Assembly: GCA_964625065.1 (NCBI GenBank)
Contig: CAZUZL010000004.1
Span: 11,040-75,039 of the forward strand
DNA: 64,000 bases
Source: an uncultured Candidatus Saccharibacteria bacterium
GTDB lineage: Bacteria; Patescibacteriota; Minisyncoccia; Phycocordibacterales; UBA9973
Reading direction: 5' to 3'
The first letter of the stretch is position 1, and each line of letters starts with the position of its first letter. Shown piece by piece: positions 8,943-18,923 of the stretch. Both the position numbers and the translations under genes were made by a program. The notes beneath the pieces are model-generated. The model worked only from the letters and a program-made list of their open reading frames with translations. It had not been told where the DNA came from and made no database searches.

Positions 8943-10157
8943 TTATAATGTTATGTTTATTAGTCTGTTATATTTGGCCATTCTTTCGGGTTTTATAGGC
9001 GAACCTGACTTTAAACCAAAGCAAGAAAAAGCATAACATAAATCGGCAATAAAATCATCGTTTGTTTCCCCACTTCTGTGGCTAACTATAAGTTTAATGT
9101 CGTTGTTACTTGCCAGTTGCATGGTTGCTAATGTTTCTGTCAGTGTACCTATCTGGTTTGGTTTTATTATCATGGCATTTATGCTGTTGTTGTCTATGGC
9201 ATGTTGCACAAGTTGTTTGTTTGTAACAGTAAGGTCGTCGCCCATTACAATGGTGCCGGGGTGTTGTTGTTTCAGTTGTGCAAAACTGGCAAAATCTTCT
9301 TCGTTAAACGGGTCTTCTATAGACAATAAATTAAATTCGGCAATCAGTTCTGCATAAAGTTGTACCATATCGGCCGTACTGTAATCCTTGCCATCTATAA
9401 CATACACGCCGTTACTATAAAAAGACGAAGCCGCTACATCTAATGCTAAACGTAGTTTGCCCACGTAGCCGTTTTCGTCTATGGCACGTTGTAGGTATAC
9501 CAGTGGTTTGCGTATGTCTGTAACTGGTGGTGCAAAACCACCTTCGTCGCCCAGCACAAGTTCTGTTACACCAGTGTCAGACTTTATAATATTTTCTAAA
9601 CTACGTTGCACTGCTAGGCCCATGTTTACCGCATCAGCAACACTACTGTCTACTGACACTACATGGTATTCCTGAAAAGCTAAACCGTTTTTTGCATGCT
9701 TGCCACCGTTTACCAGGTTCATGTATATGTGCGGTATTTTTTGTGTTGGTTTTATGTCGGCAAGTTTTTGTAAGTATTCGTATGTTTGCATACCGCTGAT
9801 TGCGGCACCAAGTTTGGCACATGCCACACTAACACCAATGGTGTTGTTTGAACCCAGTTTGTCTTTGTTAGTTGTACCGTCTAGTTGCAACAGTGTTGCG
9901 TCTATACCAGCCTGGTCTAATGCGTCGTGGCCTATTAACACTGGGGCTATAATGCTGTTACATACGTTTATGGCGTTTTGTACACCATGTCCGTCGGCGT
10001 CGCGTAGTTCGTGGGCTTCGTGGGCACCTGTACTGGCACCCGAAGGTACTGCAAACGAACCATGCACATCGCCACAACTAACTGTAACTAACAGTGTTGG
10101 GTTACCACGTGAATCTAATATTTGTTCTGCAATTATGTTTGTTATTTGTGTGTTCAT
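8943..10157 (-). CDS. eno: Enolase
   Basis: DSRGNPT, VPSGASTG, GDEGGFAP, KPNQIGTLTE, SHRSGET. Confidence 0.97.
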   Translation of the reverse strand: MNTQITNIIAEQILDSRGNPTLLVTVSCGDVHGSFAVPSGASTGAHEAHELRDADGHGVQNAINVCNSIIAPVLIGHDALDQAGIDATLLQLDGTTNKDKLGSNNTIGVSVACAKLGAAISGMQTYEYLQKLADIKPTQKIPHIYMNLVNGGKHAKNGLAFQEYHVVSVDSSVADAVNMGLAVQRSLENIIKSDTGVTELVLGDEGGFAPPVTDIRKPLVYLQRAIDENGYVGKLRLALDVAASSFYSNGVYVIDGKDYSTADMVQLYAELIAEFNLLSIEDPFNEEDFASFAQLKQQHPGTIVMGDDLTVTNKQLVQHAIDNNSINAMIIKPNQIGTLTETLATMQLASNNDIKLIVSHRSGETNDDFIADLCYAFSCFGLKSGSPIKPERMAKYNRLINITL

Positions 10158-10158
10158 T

Positions 10159-11439
10159 TTATTTTTCTGTATATAAAACCATAAGGTCTGAAACATTTGC
10201 ACCTGTTGCACCTGTTAACAGCATGTCGCCCGAGGCACTAAACGCTGGGTACACGTCGTCTTTGTCTAAACAGTTTTTAATGTCTACAGCGTGTGTTTTA
10301 AGGTTGTCTATTGTTTGCATGTCTACAACGGCACCTGCGGCGTCAGAATTGTCCATACCGTCTGAAGCTAATGGCAAGAAAACCATACCCGGCTGTATTA
10401 GCCCCATGTCTACAGACTGTAGTGCCATGTACAAATTTCTACCACCAGAACCACCTGTATGTTTAACTTCTAGGTTAGGTTCACCGGCTGCCAGTACAAC
10501 CTGGGCACCAGTAGTTTTTTGTTTATCAAATATTTTGCCCAGGGCAATGTTTGTTTCGTCATATAGTTCAGTAGAAACTATTTCTGTTGTTAGGCCCATA
10601 GATTTTGCCTTTTCTGCCATGGCGTTAACGGCTGTTGTGTTTGAAACTAAAACAAAGTTAAAAACTTTTTCAAAATAAATATTGTCCTTGGGTGTTTCTA
10701 CTAGTTCGTATGTACCCAGTTTTTCTGTGTCTATTATTTTCTGCGCATCGGCAATGGTGGTGTTGTCTTTGTATGTTGGGCCCGAAGCTACGTCGTCAAA
10801 ATGGTCGCCCGGAACGTCTGAAAAAACCAAACCTATAACTGTGGCTGGGTATGCAATTTTAGCCAAGCCACCACCCTTGAGCAAAGACAGGTGTTTACGT
10901 ACAGTGTTCATTTCCATGGTAGTTTTACCTTTTTTAATAAAATTGTCGTAAAGGTAACTACTTTGGTCGCATTCAGATTCGGGGTAACACAACAATGCAG
11001 ACCCACCACCCGAAACAATGGCAATAACCAGGTCGTCTGCACCGGACTGGTCTACAATGTCGAATATTTTTTTGCCTGGTTCTATATTTGCATCTGTTGG
11101 GCGTGGGTGTGTGCCGGCATATGTTTGTATATAGTCGCAAGTAACTTTGTGCAGACCTATAACAGCACCTTCGTTTATTTTATTACCCAGAACTTTTTCC
11201 AGCGCCTGTGCTGCAGTACACGAAGCTTTGCCAAAACCAACAACTTTTATTTTACTGAATTTTGTTAAATCGAAACTATTACCTAAAACTGTCAGTATAT
11301 TGTTTTCTAATTTTACAGAATTTAATATTACTTGTTCTGTATTTATAGCGTCGTAACCCGCATTTGCTATAGCTAGGGCTGTTTTACGCGCGTCAGTAGT
11401 GGCTACATCGGCATAGTTGTTAAACCATTGTTTTTCCAT
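10159..11439 (-). CDS. Glycerate 2-kinase (DUF4147/MOFRL family)
   Basis: GFGKAS, SGGGSAL, KHLSLLKGG, SDVPGD, ASGPT, GGRN, TGATGANVSD. Confidence 0.9.
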   Translation of the reverse strand: MEKQWFNNYADVATTDARKTALAIANAGYDAINTEQVILNSVKLENNILTVLGNSFDLTKFSKIKVVGFGKASCTAAQALEKVLGNKINEGAVIGLHKVTCDYIQTYAGTHPRPTDANIEPGKKIFDIVDQSGADDLVIAIVSGGGSALLCYPESECDQSSYLYDNFIKKGKTTMEMNTVRKHLSLLKGGGLAKIAYPATVIGLVFSDVPGDHFDDVASGPTYKDNTTIADAQKIIDTEKLGTYELVETPKDNIYFEKVFNFVLVSNTTAVNAMAEKAKSMGLTTEIVSTELYDETNIALGKIFDKQKTTGAQVVLAAGEPNLEVKHTGGSGGRNLYMALQSVDMGLIQPGMVFLPLASDGMDNSDAAGAVVDMQTIDNLKTHAVDIKNCLDKDDVYPAFSASGDMLLTGATGANVSDLMVLYTEK

Positions 11440-11443
11440 ATAT

Positions 11444-12361
11444 TTATAGGTATTTTTTAATTGTTTCGGCAGAATTTATAAATAAGTCTTTTTCTGTTTG
11501 TGTTAGTTCTACAGGCCACGGTTTTACTACACCAACAGCACCAACAACAGCCGGCGCACCCATACATACTGCATTTACACCGTTATAGTTTTCTAACCTG
11601 TACGAAATAGGCAGAACTTTGTTTTGGTCTAGTAATATAGCTTCTACTATGTCTGTAACTACCATGCCTATACCGTAAAATGTGGCACCTTTTTCTTTGA
11701 TAATTTCGTAAACTTCGTTTTTAACTTCGCCTGTTATAGTTGCCATTTCGTCTACAGAAAGCATTTCTGATATAGGCTTACCAGCTACAGAAACAGTGCT
11801 CCATGCAACTTGTTCGCCGTCGCCATGTTCGCCCATTACAAAACCTTCAACTTGTTTTGCATCAATGTCAAAACGGTGACCCAAGTTTGTACGCAGTCGT
11901 GCAGTGTCTAGGCATGTACCAGTACCAAAAACTTGTGTATGTGGCAGACCAGACAGTTCCTGTACTAGGTAGGTTATAATGTCGACTGGGTTGCTAACAA
12001 CCAGCACAATAGCATTTGGTTTAAAGCCACCTATTTCGGTAATTATACTTGTAGTTATGGTTTTGTTTTTAGTAACAAGGTCCAGGCGGGTTTCGCCTGG
12101 TTTTTGGGCAACACCAGCAGTTAGTATAACAATGTCGGCTGTGCGTGCGTCGGCATATGTACCGTTTACAATGTTGCCTGTTTCAGTAAAAGAAATAGCG
12201 TCGCCCAGGTCCAACACTTCACCATGTTCCTTGTCTATATTTACATCTATTAAAAATATTTCTGCGACTAAGTTTTTGATCAGTAATGCATAGGCAATAG
12301 TAGACCCCACCGCCCCTGCACCAACAACGGCAACTTTTTTAATCGATGTTTCGTTTGTCAT
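11444..12361 (-). CDS. ldh: L-lactate dehydrogenase
   Basis: GAGAVG, TAGVAQKPGETRLDL (Gln at the LDH specificity position), NPVD, LDTAR, GEHGD. Confidence 0.9.
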   Translation of the reverse strand: MTNETSIKKVAVVGAGAVGSTIAYALLIKNLVAEIFLIDVNIDKEHGEVLDLGDAISFTETGNIVNGTYADARTADIVILTAGVAQKPGETRLDLVTKNKTITTSIITEIGGFKPNAIVLVVSNPVDIITYLVQELSGLPHTQVFGTGTCLDTARLRTNLGHRFDIDAKQVEGFVMGEHGDGEQVAWSTVSVAGKPISEMLSVDEMATITGEVKNEVYEIIKEKGATFYGIGMVVTDIVEAILLDQNKVLPISYRLENYNGVNAVCMGAPAVVGAVGVVKPWPVELTQTEKDLFINSAETIKKYL

Positions 12362-12450
12362 AATGTGTATATTATAGCACATTAAAATACACGAAACACT
12401 CCAAACCATATGCGTGATTTTTTATAAACCATATGTTAGTATACACACAT

Positions 12451-12523
12451 GCGCGGTTAGCTCAGTTGGTAGAGCGCGTCATTGACGTTGACGATGTCAC
12501 AGGTTCGACTCCTGTATCGCGCA
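12451..12523 (+). tRNA. tRNA-Val(GAC)
   Basis: GCGCGGT/ATCGCGC acceptor, CGTCA-TTGACGT-TGACG anticodon arm, TTCGACT T-loop. Confidence 0.95.
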
Positions 12524-12566
12524 CAAAAAAAGCATACGATTTTTACACCATATGCTTTGAATGATT

Positions 12567-13265
12567 TTATTTTACTTTGTCTGGCTGTATGCCAAAAAAC
12601 TCGCTTAGAATAATATCCGTGGCCAAAATTGTTTCATTAACATACCCAATGTTGTTTACAAGACTCCAAGAATTAACTTTGCATTTAATGCGATCTTGTT
12701 TTACATCAAACATTTTTGAAATAATACTTTGCTGATCCACTTTTTTGTCGAACAGGCGTTTTCGAAGGGTTTCGTTTAACTGAATACCTTCTTTGCCAAA
12801 ATTATCCATGTCCACTGGGTCAACGGCATCGAAAAATATTGTTCTAGCACGGTTACCAAAAACTGACTGAAAAAGAATTGCTTCTTCCACACTACATACG
12901 GTCATAGTTCTGATACCTTTTTCATGCAAACGCCTTAACTCTGAACTACTGGTGCCATAGAAATTATTACCAATTTTTTTATGTACCACAATACGTTTTT
13001 CAGCCAATTCTTCGAAGAAATCTTTCTCACTTTTAAAGTAGTAATCTACTCCATAAGTTTCTTTATCAGTACTGTCACGGGTTGTCCACGATACTGATTT
13101 TTTCAAACTCTCTGAAAATCGTTTTTGGATTATTTCAACTATTTTTTCCATATCACTGCCGGCAGTGCCAGTAACAATAAGGATTTTAAAATTTTCAGGC
13201 AAGCCAAATTCAATTAAGTTTTTGTTAACTTGCCAGTTGTCGGGTATTTGTAATTCTTTTATCAT
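12567..13265 (-). CDS. Guanylate kinase-like protein with degenerate P-loop
   Basis: SVSWTTR, YGVDYYF, GNNFYGTS match the Gmk NMP-binding domain; P-loop reads GTAGSDM. Confidence 0.7.
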   Translation of the reverse strand: MIKELQIPDNWQVNKNLIEFGLPENFKILIVTGTAGSDMEKIVEIIQKRFSESLKKSVSWTTRDSTDKETYGVDYYFKSEKDFFEELAEKRIVVHKKIGNNFYGTSSSELRRLHEKGIRTMTVCSVEEAILFQSVFGNRARTIFFDAVDPVDMDNFGKEGIQLNETLRKRLFDKKVDQQSIISKMFDVKQDRIKCKVNSWSLVNNIGYVNETILATDIILSEFFGIQPDKVK

Positions 13266-13328
13266 AACTAAAATGTATTTTTTATTACCCTAACACATAT
13301 ATACACAATAGTAAAGTCCCTGCACGTG

Positions 13329-13850
13329 CTATGGTGCAGGGACTTGGCTCTTAAAAAACACTTTAATTAACTGCCTCATGTGCATAAGGCTGTTTTCTAT
13401 CTGGTCTGCATCATTTATTCTATATGCAATACCAGTTTTTCTTTTTCTTTGCTCGGTAACTAGTGCTATTGTTTTTTCAACATCTTCGTCTGAAAAAGAT
13501 TGTGCTAACAACCTTTCCCTGATTGTTTTGTTTATGTCTATAACACTGTTGTATATATCTAAAATTTCTTGCAAAGTTGTGTTTTTGTCATTCAACTTGT
13601 TACTTAGTTGTGATAAAGGCATTGGTAGCGAATGCACCAAACTTGTTGGGTTCATTACATCAACAAACACCATTAAATCTTTGGGTCTACGTATGTGTTG
13701 ATCTATATTTTCTACATCAACAACAATTATATTAATAGTGTTTTTATACACTTCCTTAAGCATTTCAGCTAATACTGCCTGTTTACCTATATGACCTTTA
13801 TATCCAACTAATACAACTTGGGGTTTTTGGGTTTTATTTTCTTGTTCCAT
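13329..13850 (-). CDS. Hypothetical protein
   Basis: 173-aa ORF ending in hairpin aagtccctgcac/gtgcagggactt. Confidence 0.65.
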   Translation of the reverse strand: MEQENKTQKPQVVLVGYKGHIGKQAVLAEMLKEVYKNTINIIVVDVENIDQHIRRPKDLMVFVDVMNPTSLVHSLPMPLSQLSNKLNDKNTTLQEILDIYNSVIDINKTIRERLLAQSFSDEDVEKTIALVTEQRKRKTGIAYRINDADQIENSLMHMRQLIKVFFKSQVPAP

Positions 13851-13925
13851 GTGCTTATTTTTTTATTACAATAGCACACCTAAACACGCTAGTCAAATGA
13901 AGGTTTTTTTGCTATAGTACCCTAC

Positions 13926-15248
13926 ATGAACATCTTGTCTATAGAAACAAGTTGCGACGAAACCGCAATAAGTATAGTTAGTGCAAACAACACTGACAAC
14001 CCAGATTTTAAAATACTAGGCAACACCGTTGCTACCCAAATAGAATTACATGCACAATATGGGGGTGTTTTTCCGATGATGGCAAAACGCGAACACAGCA
14101 AAAACATTATTCCTGTTTTAGTTGAAACTTTAAAGAAGGCTAATTTATATGTGGAAGAACCTCACCCCCGTCCCCTCTCCATAAACAATGGAGAGGGGCA
14201 AAGTTCAATACAAGAAATTCTAACTCGCGAACCTGAACTATTAGTTTTATGTAAAGAATATTTGCCACATATAGGCAAACCAGATGTAGATGTAATAGTT
14301 GTTACCAGTGGCCCAGGCTTAGAACCTGCATTATGGGTTGGTGTAAACTTTGCCAAAGCACTAAGTACACTGTGGAACATACCTGTGGTACCTGTAAACC
14401 ACATGGAAGGCCACATAATGAGCCCTATACTAACCGCGGACGGCACAATAAACGTTGAATTCCCTGCATTAGCGTTACTGATCAGTGGTGGCCATACAGA
14501 ACTAGTTTTAGTAAACAACTGGATGGACTATAAAAAAATAGGCCAAACACGCGACGACGCTGTCGGTGAAGCTTTCGACAAAGTTGCCCGCATGATGGAC
14601 CTACCCTACCCAGGTGGCCCGCAGATTTCAAAGTTAGCGGAAGAATGGCGGAATCTCCTCCTTAATCAAGGAGGAGTACCCGTAGGGGGAGGTGGTAACG
14701 AAATAAGTCACCACCCCGTCAGTAGTCGGCCTTTGAATGGAACGTTAGGCCGACACGATTCCGCAGAATCGACCCCTCCTCCACAAGGAGGGGAAATTAA
14801 ACTTCCCCGCCCAATGCTACACAGCAACGATTACGATTTTTCTTTCTCTGGTTTAAAAACAGCCGTGTTGTATGCAATTCAAGACATTAAAAAAGACGGC
14901 GGCGTACTAAATGACGACACTAAAAAACAAATAGCCTGTGAATTTGAAAACGCAGCAACAGATGTGCTATTAGCAAAAACATTCCGGGCCATAGTCGAAT
15001 ACGGCGTACAAACACTACTTATCGGTGGTGGTGTTGCTGCAAACAAATTTATTAAAAAATCTTTTACTGAAAAACAAACTGCCGAATACCCAGACCTAAA
15101 AATACTGTTACCTGAAAAAGACTTGTCTACAGACAACGCCCTAATGATAGCCATTGCTGGTTACTATAGGTACCAACACATCATGGCAGGCAACAAAAAA
15201 TTCCCACTAACCTTTGTGGCTAATGGGAATTGGGGGGTTGATTCTTAA
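13926..15248 (+). CDS. tsaD: tRNA N6-threonylcarbamoyladenosine transferase TsaD, with in-frame repeat insertions
   Basis: IETSCDET, GPGL, HMEGH, SGGHT, DDAVGEAFDK, FSFSGLKT, TDNALMIA. Confidence 0.96.
   Translation: MNILSIETSCDETAISIVSANNTDNPDFKILGNTVATQIELHAQYGGVFPMMAKREHSKNIIPVLVETLKKANLYVEEPHPRPLSINNGEGQSSIQEILTREPELLVLCKEYLPHIGKPDVDVIVVTSGPGLEPALWVGVNFAKALSTLWNIPVVPVNHMEGHIMSPILTADGTINVEFPALALLISGGHTELVLVNNWMDYKKIGQTRDDAVGEAFDKVARMMDLPYPGGPQISKLAEEWRNLLLNQGGVPVGGGGNEISHHPVSSRPLNGTLGRHDSAESTPPPQGGEIKLPRPMLHSNDYDFSFSGLKTAVLYAIQDIKKDGGVLNDDTKKQIACEFENAATDVLLAKTFRAIVEYGVQTLLIGGGVAANKFIKKSFTEKQTAEYPDLKILLPEKDLSTDNALMIAIAGYYRYQHIMAGNKKFPLTFVANGNWGVDS
14160..14200. repeat. REP-like hairpin inserted in-frame in tsaD
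   Basis: cctcacccccgt-cccctctcc-ataaacaat-ggagagggg encodes PHPRPLSINNGEG; related to 51925-52023. Confidence 0.75.
14653..14795. repeat. Composite palindromic insertion in tsaD (REP-like pair with nested two-hairpin element at 14725-14771)
   Basis: ctcctcctt-aatc-aaggaggag ... cccctcct-ccaca-aggagggg flanking gtcggcct..aggccgac-acgattccgcagaatcg. Confidence 0.8.
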
Positions 15249-15249
15249 T

Positions 15250-15921
15250 TTAGAACATCTTGATTTTATCCTCATTGTTTACTTTTGCTATAAACGCCGG
15301 ATCAAATTCAGACTTATCTGCATCAAAATACGGGAACTTTCTAGAAAGATCGTTCAGCATGTCACTGCATGGTCCTAAATAAAACTTACTGGGTGATTTT
15401 TTAAAATCGACCTCTTCATTGGTGATTATAAAATTTGACAAGGCTAAGCATTTGTCTAAGTCAGGAAACTCAGAAGCCTCTAATTCCTTAAAATAGTCAA
15501 AACTATAACCTTTCAGCGGTTCTTCCATTTGAGATCGTTTATAACGAACTTCCTTGCTTGCATCAATGCCAACAACTATACCACCTATTGACCGAAAAAA
15601 TTCAATCTCAGTAGCATTTTTTAAAGACCGTACAAACACCACACTTCGATTAACGATCTTATCTAATTTAAGACCCTTAACAAAGTAGGCATTACCATAA
15701 AGGTGTCGCATAGTATTCATGTATTCACGAATTTCTGCTTTGTTTTCCGAGTTTATAACATGCCCAGAAGACATCTTAGAATCAAAGGCAGCAAAAGCCG
15801 ACAATGAATAAACTTCGGTACAACTTAACCTACTAGAAATATATTCTACATAGGCTCTTTTACCAGCATAAATTGGTCCAGTAACAGCTAGAAGGATCGG
15901 TTTTTCAATGAGTATTGTCAT
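15250..15921 (-). CDS. P-loop nucleotide kinase-like (AAA/dephospho-CoA kinase-like) protein
   Basis: AVTGPIYAGK P-loop, GIDASKEVRYKR lid, ALSNFIITN. Confidence 0.7.
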   Translation of the reverse strand: MTILIEKPILLAVTGPIYAGKRAYVEYISSRLSCTEVYSLSAFAAFDSKMSSGHVINSENKAEIREYMNTMRHLYGNAYFVKGLKLDKIVNRSVVFVRSLKNATEIEFFRSIGGIVVGIDASKEVRYKRSQMEEPLKGYSFDYFKELEASEFPDLDKCLALSNFIITNEEVDFKKSPSKFYLGPCSDMLNDLSRKFPYFDADKSEFDPAFIAKVNNEDKIKMF

Positions 15922-16014
15922 AAAAATAGCGTTTAGGTTTTTTATATAATAACACCTAGGCATAAAAATGTCAAAACATTCGCCCTAACTGTGGAAAAGT
16001 GCTATAATCGCCTT

Positions 16015-18210
16015 ATGGAAAAAGACATTCCGGCTAAATTACTAGCCCCGTATAACCCTACCGAAACAGAGTCTCGCATTTACAAAATGTGGGAAGAATC
16101 TGGCTTTTTTAACCCCGATGTCTGCGTCGAAAAAGGTGTAACTGCACCTGATGCACCAACTTATTCTATAGTTATGCCCCCGCCAAACGTTACCGGTGTT
16201 CTACACATGGGCCATGCGCTGATGTTAACAGTGCAAGACATATTTATACGCTACAAACGTATGAACGGTTTCCGTACATTATGGATACCAGGTACAGACC
16301 ATGCTGCCATAGCCACACAGTCCAAAGTTGAAAAAGATATTCAGAAAAAAGAAGGTAAAACTAGACACGACCTAGGCCGTGAAGAAATGCTTCGTCGCAT
16401 AGAAATATTTGCCCAAGAAAGCCACGACACAATTGCGTCACAAATACGTGTTATGGGTAGTTCTTGCGACTGGTCTCGAGAAACTTTTACATTAGACGAA
16501 CCACGTACACTAGCAGTACGCACAATGTTTAAAAAAATGTACGACGACGGGCTAATATACCGTGGCCACCGCATAGTAAACTGGGACCCAAAAGGTCAAA
16601 CAACAATTTCAGACGACGAAATAGTTTACGAAGCACGCAAATCTGTTTTATACACATTTAAATATTCTAAAGACTTCCCTATTGCTATATCTACAACACG
16701 TCCTGAAACAAAGGTTGGCGATGTGGCCGTAGCCGTACACCCCGAAGACGAACGATATACACAATACGTTGGCAAGGAATACGATGTGGTTTTTTGTGGT
16801 GTTCCACTACATATTAAAATCATCGCAGACAACGCCGTAGAAAAAGACTTTGGTACAGGTGCATTAGGTGTTACACCAGCACATTCTATTATCGACTGGG
16901 AAATGTCTGAAAGACATAACCTACCTCAGCCGCAAGTTATAAACGAATACGCCAAAATGACAGTTGGCGGCGAAGACTTGCTTGGTAAAAAAGTTACCGA
17001 AGCCCGCGAAGTAATAGTACAATGGCTACGCGACGAAGGTTTGCTAGAAAATGAAAAAGAAACTGACCAAAATGTTGCTACAGCAGAACGCACAGGCGGT
17101 ATTATAGAACCGTTACCTAAACTTCAATGGTTTATAAATGTTAACAAACCTATTCCTGAACGCGACAACAAAACACTTAAGGAACTAATGCGCGCACCAG
17201 TAGCAGATGGACAAATAAAAATAATACCTGACTATTTTGGTAAAACATATTTCCACTGGATAGACAACTTAAAAGACTGGTGTATATCACGCCAAATATG
17301 GTACGGGCACCGTATACCAGTGTGGTACCGTGGTGACGAAATATACACAGGTGTAAATGCACCCGAGGGCGCAGACTGGACACAAGATGGAGACACTTTG
17401 GACACATGGTTTTCTTCAGCATTGTGGACATTTTCTACATTAGGTTGGCCTAACAATACAAAAGACCTAGAACTATACCACCCAACAGACATGTTAGAAA
17501 CTGGTTACGAAATACTTTTCTTTTGGGTTGCCCGCATGATACTAATGACAGAATATGCATTAGGTACAATACCTTTTAAAAATATTTATCTAAACGGAAC
17601 TGTGCGCGACGCAAAAGGCCAAAAAATGTCTAAATCGTTGGGCAACGGAATCGACCCACTTGAAATAGCAGAAAAATATGGTTCAGATGCAGGGCGCATG
17701 TCACTGATAGTTGGCACAGCACCTGGTACAGATTCAAAAGTTTCAGAAGACAAAATAAAAGGTTACAAAAACTTTGCTAACAAAATCTGGAACATTACCC
17801 GATTTATACTAACCAGTGCACCAACATATTCAGACAGTGCGCAACTGACAGATGTAGATCAGGCACATTACGTTGCATGGCAGGACACAGCACGTGACAT
17901 AACTAAAAACATAGAAAACTACCAACTACACTTAGCGTCAGACAGTATATACCACTACCTGTGGGACACATTTGCATCAACATTAATCGAAGATAGTAAA
18001 CCTATATTGTCAGGTACTGACACAGTTGCACAACAGTCACGCACAAGGCTACTAAACCAAATACTACGCGAATCTATAACTGTACTACATCCGTTTATGC
18101 CGTTCGTTACCGAGGAACTTTGGGCACTATTACCAGCCCGACTAGAAAGTCTTTCTGGCGGGAATAATAAACAACTACTATGCGTTACCCGCTGGCCTTA
18201 CCAGGCGTAA
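16015..18210 (+). CDS. valS: Valine--tRNA ligase (short form without C-terminal coiled coil)
   Basis: PPPNVTGVLHMGH, PGTDHAAIATQ, DWCISRQIWYGHRIP, DTWFSS, KMSKS. Confidence 0.97.
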   Translation: MEKDIPAKLLAPYNPTETESRIYKMWEESGFFNPDVCVEKGVTAPDAPTYSIVMPPPNVTGVLHMGHALMLTVQDIFIRYKRMNGFRTLWIPGTDHAAIATQSKVEKDIQKKEGKTRHDLGREEMLRRIEIFAQESHDTIASQIRVMGSSCDWSRETFTLDEPRTLAVRTMFKKMYDDGLIYRGHRIVNWDPKGQTTISDDEIVYEARKSVLYTFKYSKDFPIAISTTRPETKVGDVAVAVHPEDERYTQYVGKEYDVVFCGVPLHIKIIADNAVEKDFGTGALGVTPAHSIIDWEMSERHNLPQPQVINEYAKMTVGGEDLLGKKVTEAREVIVQWLRDEGLLENEKETDQNVATAERTGGIIEPLPKLQWFINVNKPIPERDNKTLKELMRAPVADGQIKIIPDYFGKTYFHWIDNLKDWCISRQIWYGHRIPVWYRGDEIYTGVNAPEGADWTQDGDTLDTWFSSALWTFSTLGWPNNTKDLELYHPTDMLETGYEILFFWVARMILMTEYALGTIPFKNIYLNGTVRDAKGQKMSKSLGNGIDPLEIAEKYGSDAGRMSLIVGTAPGTDSKVSEDKIKGYKNFANKIWNITRFILTSAPTYSDSAQLTDVDQAHYVAWQDTARDITKNIENYQLHLASDSIYHYLWDTFASTLIEDSKPILSGTDTVAQQSRTRLLNQILRESITVLHPFMPFVTEELWALLPARLESLSGGNNKQLLCVTRWPYQA

Positions 18211-18923
18211 AAGAATTTGCATATGCAACAGTCGGTGGTGTTGGACCCACATTGCTTTGGTTATGGTTTTGGTTACGCCAAGAAGACGAAGGCCACACAG
18301 AACCCCGTGGGCTAATACTACTGTGTTACATCATGGGTGGTTTAATGGTTATGCTTGCTATACCACTACAGAAACTTGCTAGCCATTTTACGGGTATGGT
18401 GGGTTTGTTGCCCATAGTGTTGTGGGCCAGTATAGAGGAACTTTTAAAATACAAAGCTGTTTCAGTACTAGCACTTAAAAGTAAATTCGCCGACCGTGCT
18501 ATCGACTTCCCCATGTATATGATAGCCGGTGCACTGGGTTTTGCAGCATGCGAAAACATTTTGTATCTACTACACCCACTAACCCAGGGCGACATGACGG
18601 TTAGTTTACTAACAACTAACTTACGTTTTCTTGGTTCGTCACTACTACATGCCATGTCTTCGTCGTTGATTGGTATTAGTTTAGGTTTGTCGTACTACCG
18701 TGGTTGGGTAAGTAGAAAAATATATTTATTTTTCGGAATAATTTCTGCAATTGCCTTGCATAGTGCGTTTAATTTTTTTATAATGAATAAGACCGGTGTA
18801 CACACATGGCAAACATTAGCTATGTTGTGGGTTTTCACGGTAATAACCATTCTCATGTTCGAGAAATTAAAACGTATTAAAACGCCCGCATACACGGGCA
18901 TAATTATAAACAACAATGCTTAA
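18180..18923 (+). CDS. prsW: PrsW-family intramembrane metalloprotease
   Basis: EPR, EELLK, GFAACEN, LLHA, LHSAFN. Confidence 0.85.
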   Translation: MRYPLALPGVKEFAYATVGGVGPTLLWLWFWLRQEDEGHTEPRGLILLCYIMGGLMVMLAIPLQKLASHFTGMVGLLPIVLWASIEELLKYKAVSVLALKSKFADRAIDFPMYMIAGALGFAACENILYLLHPLTQGDMTVSLLTTNLRFLGSSLLHAMSSSLIGISLGLSYYRGWVSRKIYLFFGIISAIALHSAFNFFIMNKTGVHTWQTLAMLWVFTVITILMFEKLKRIKTPAYTGIIINNNA

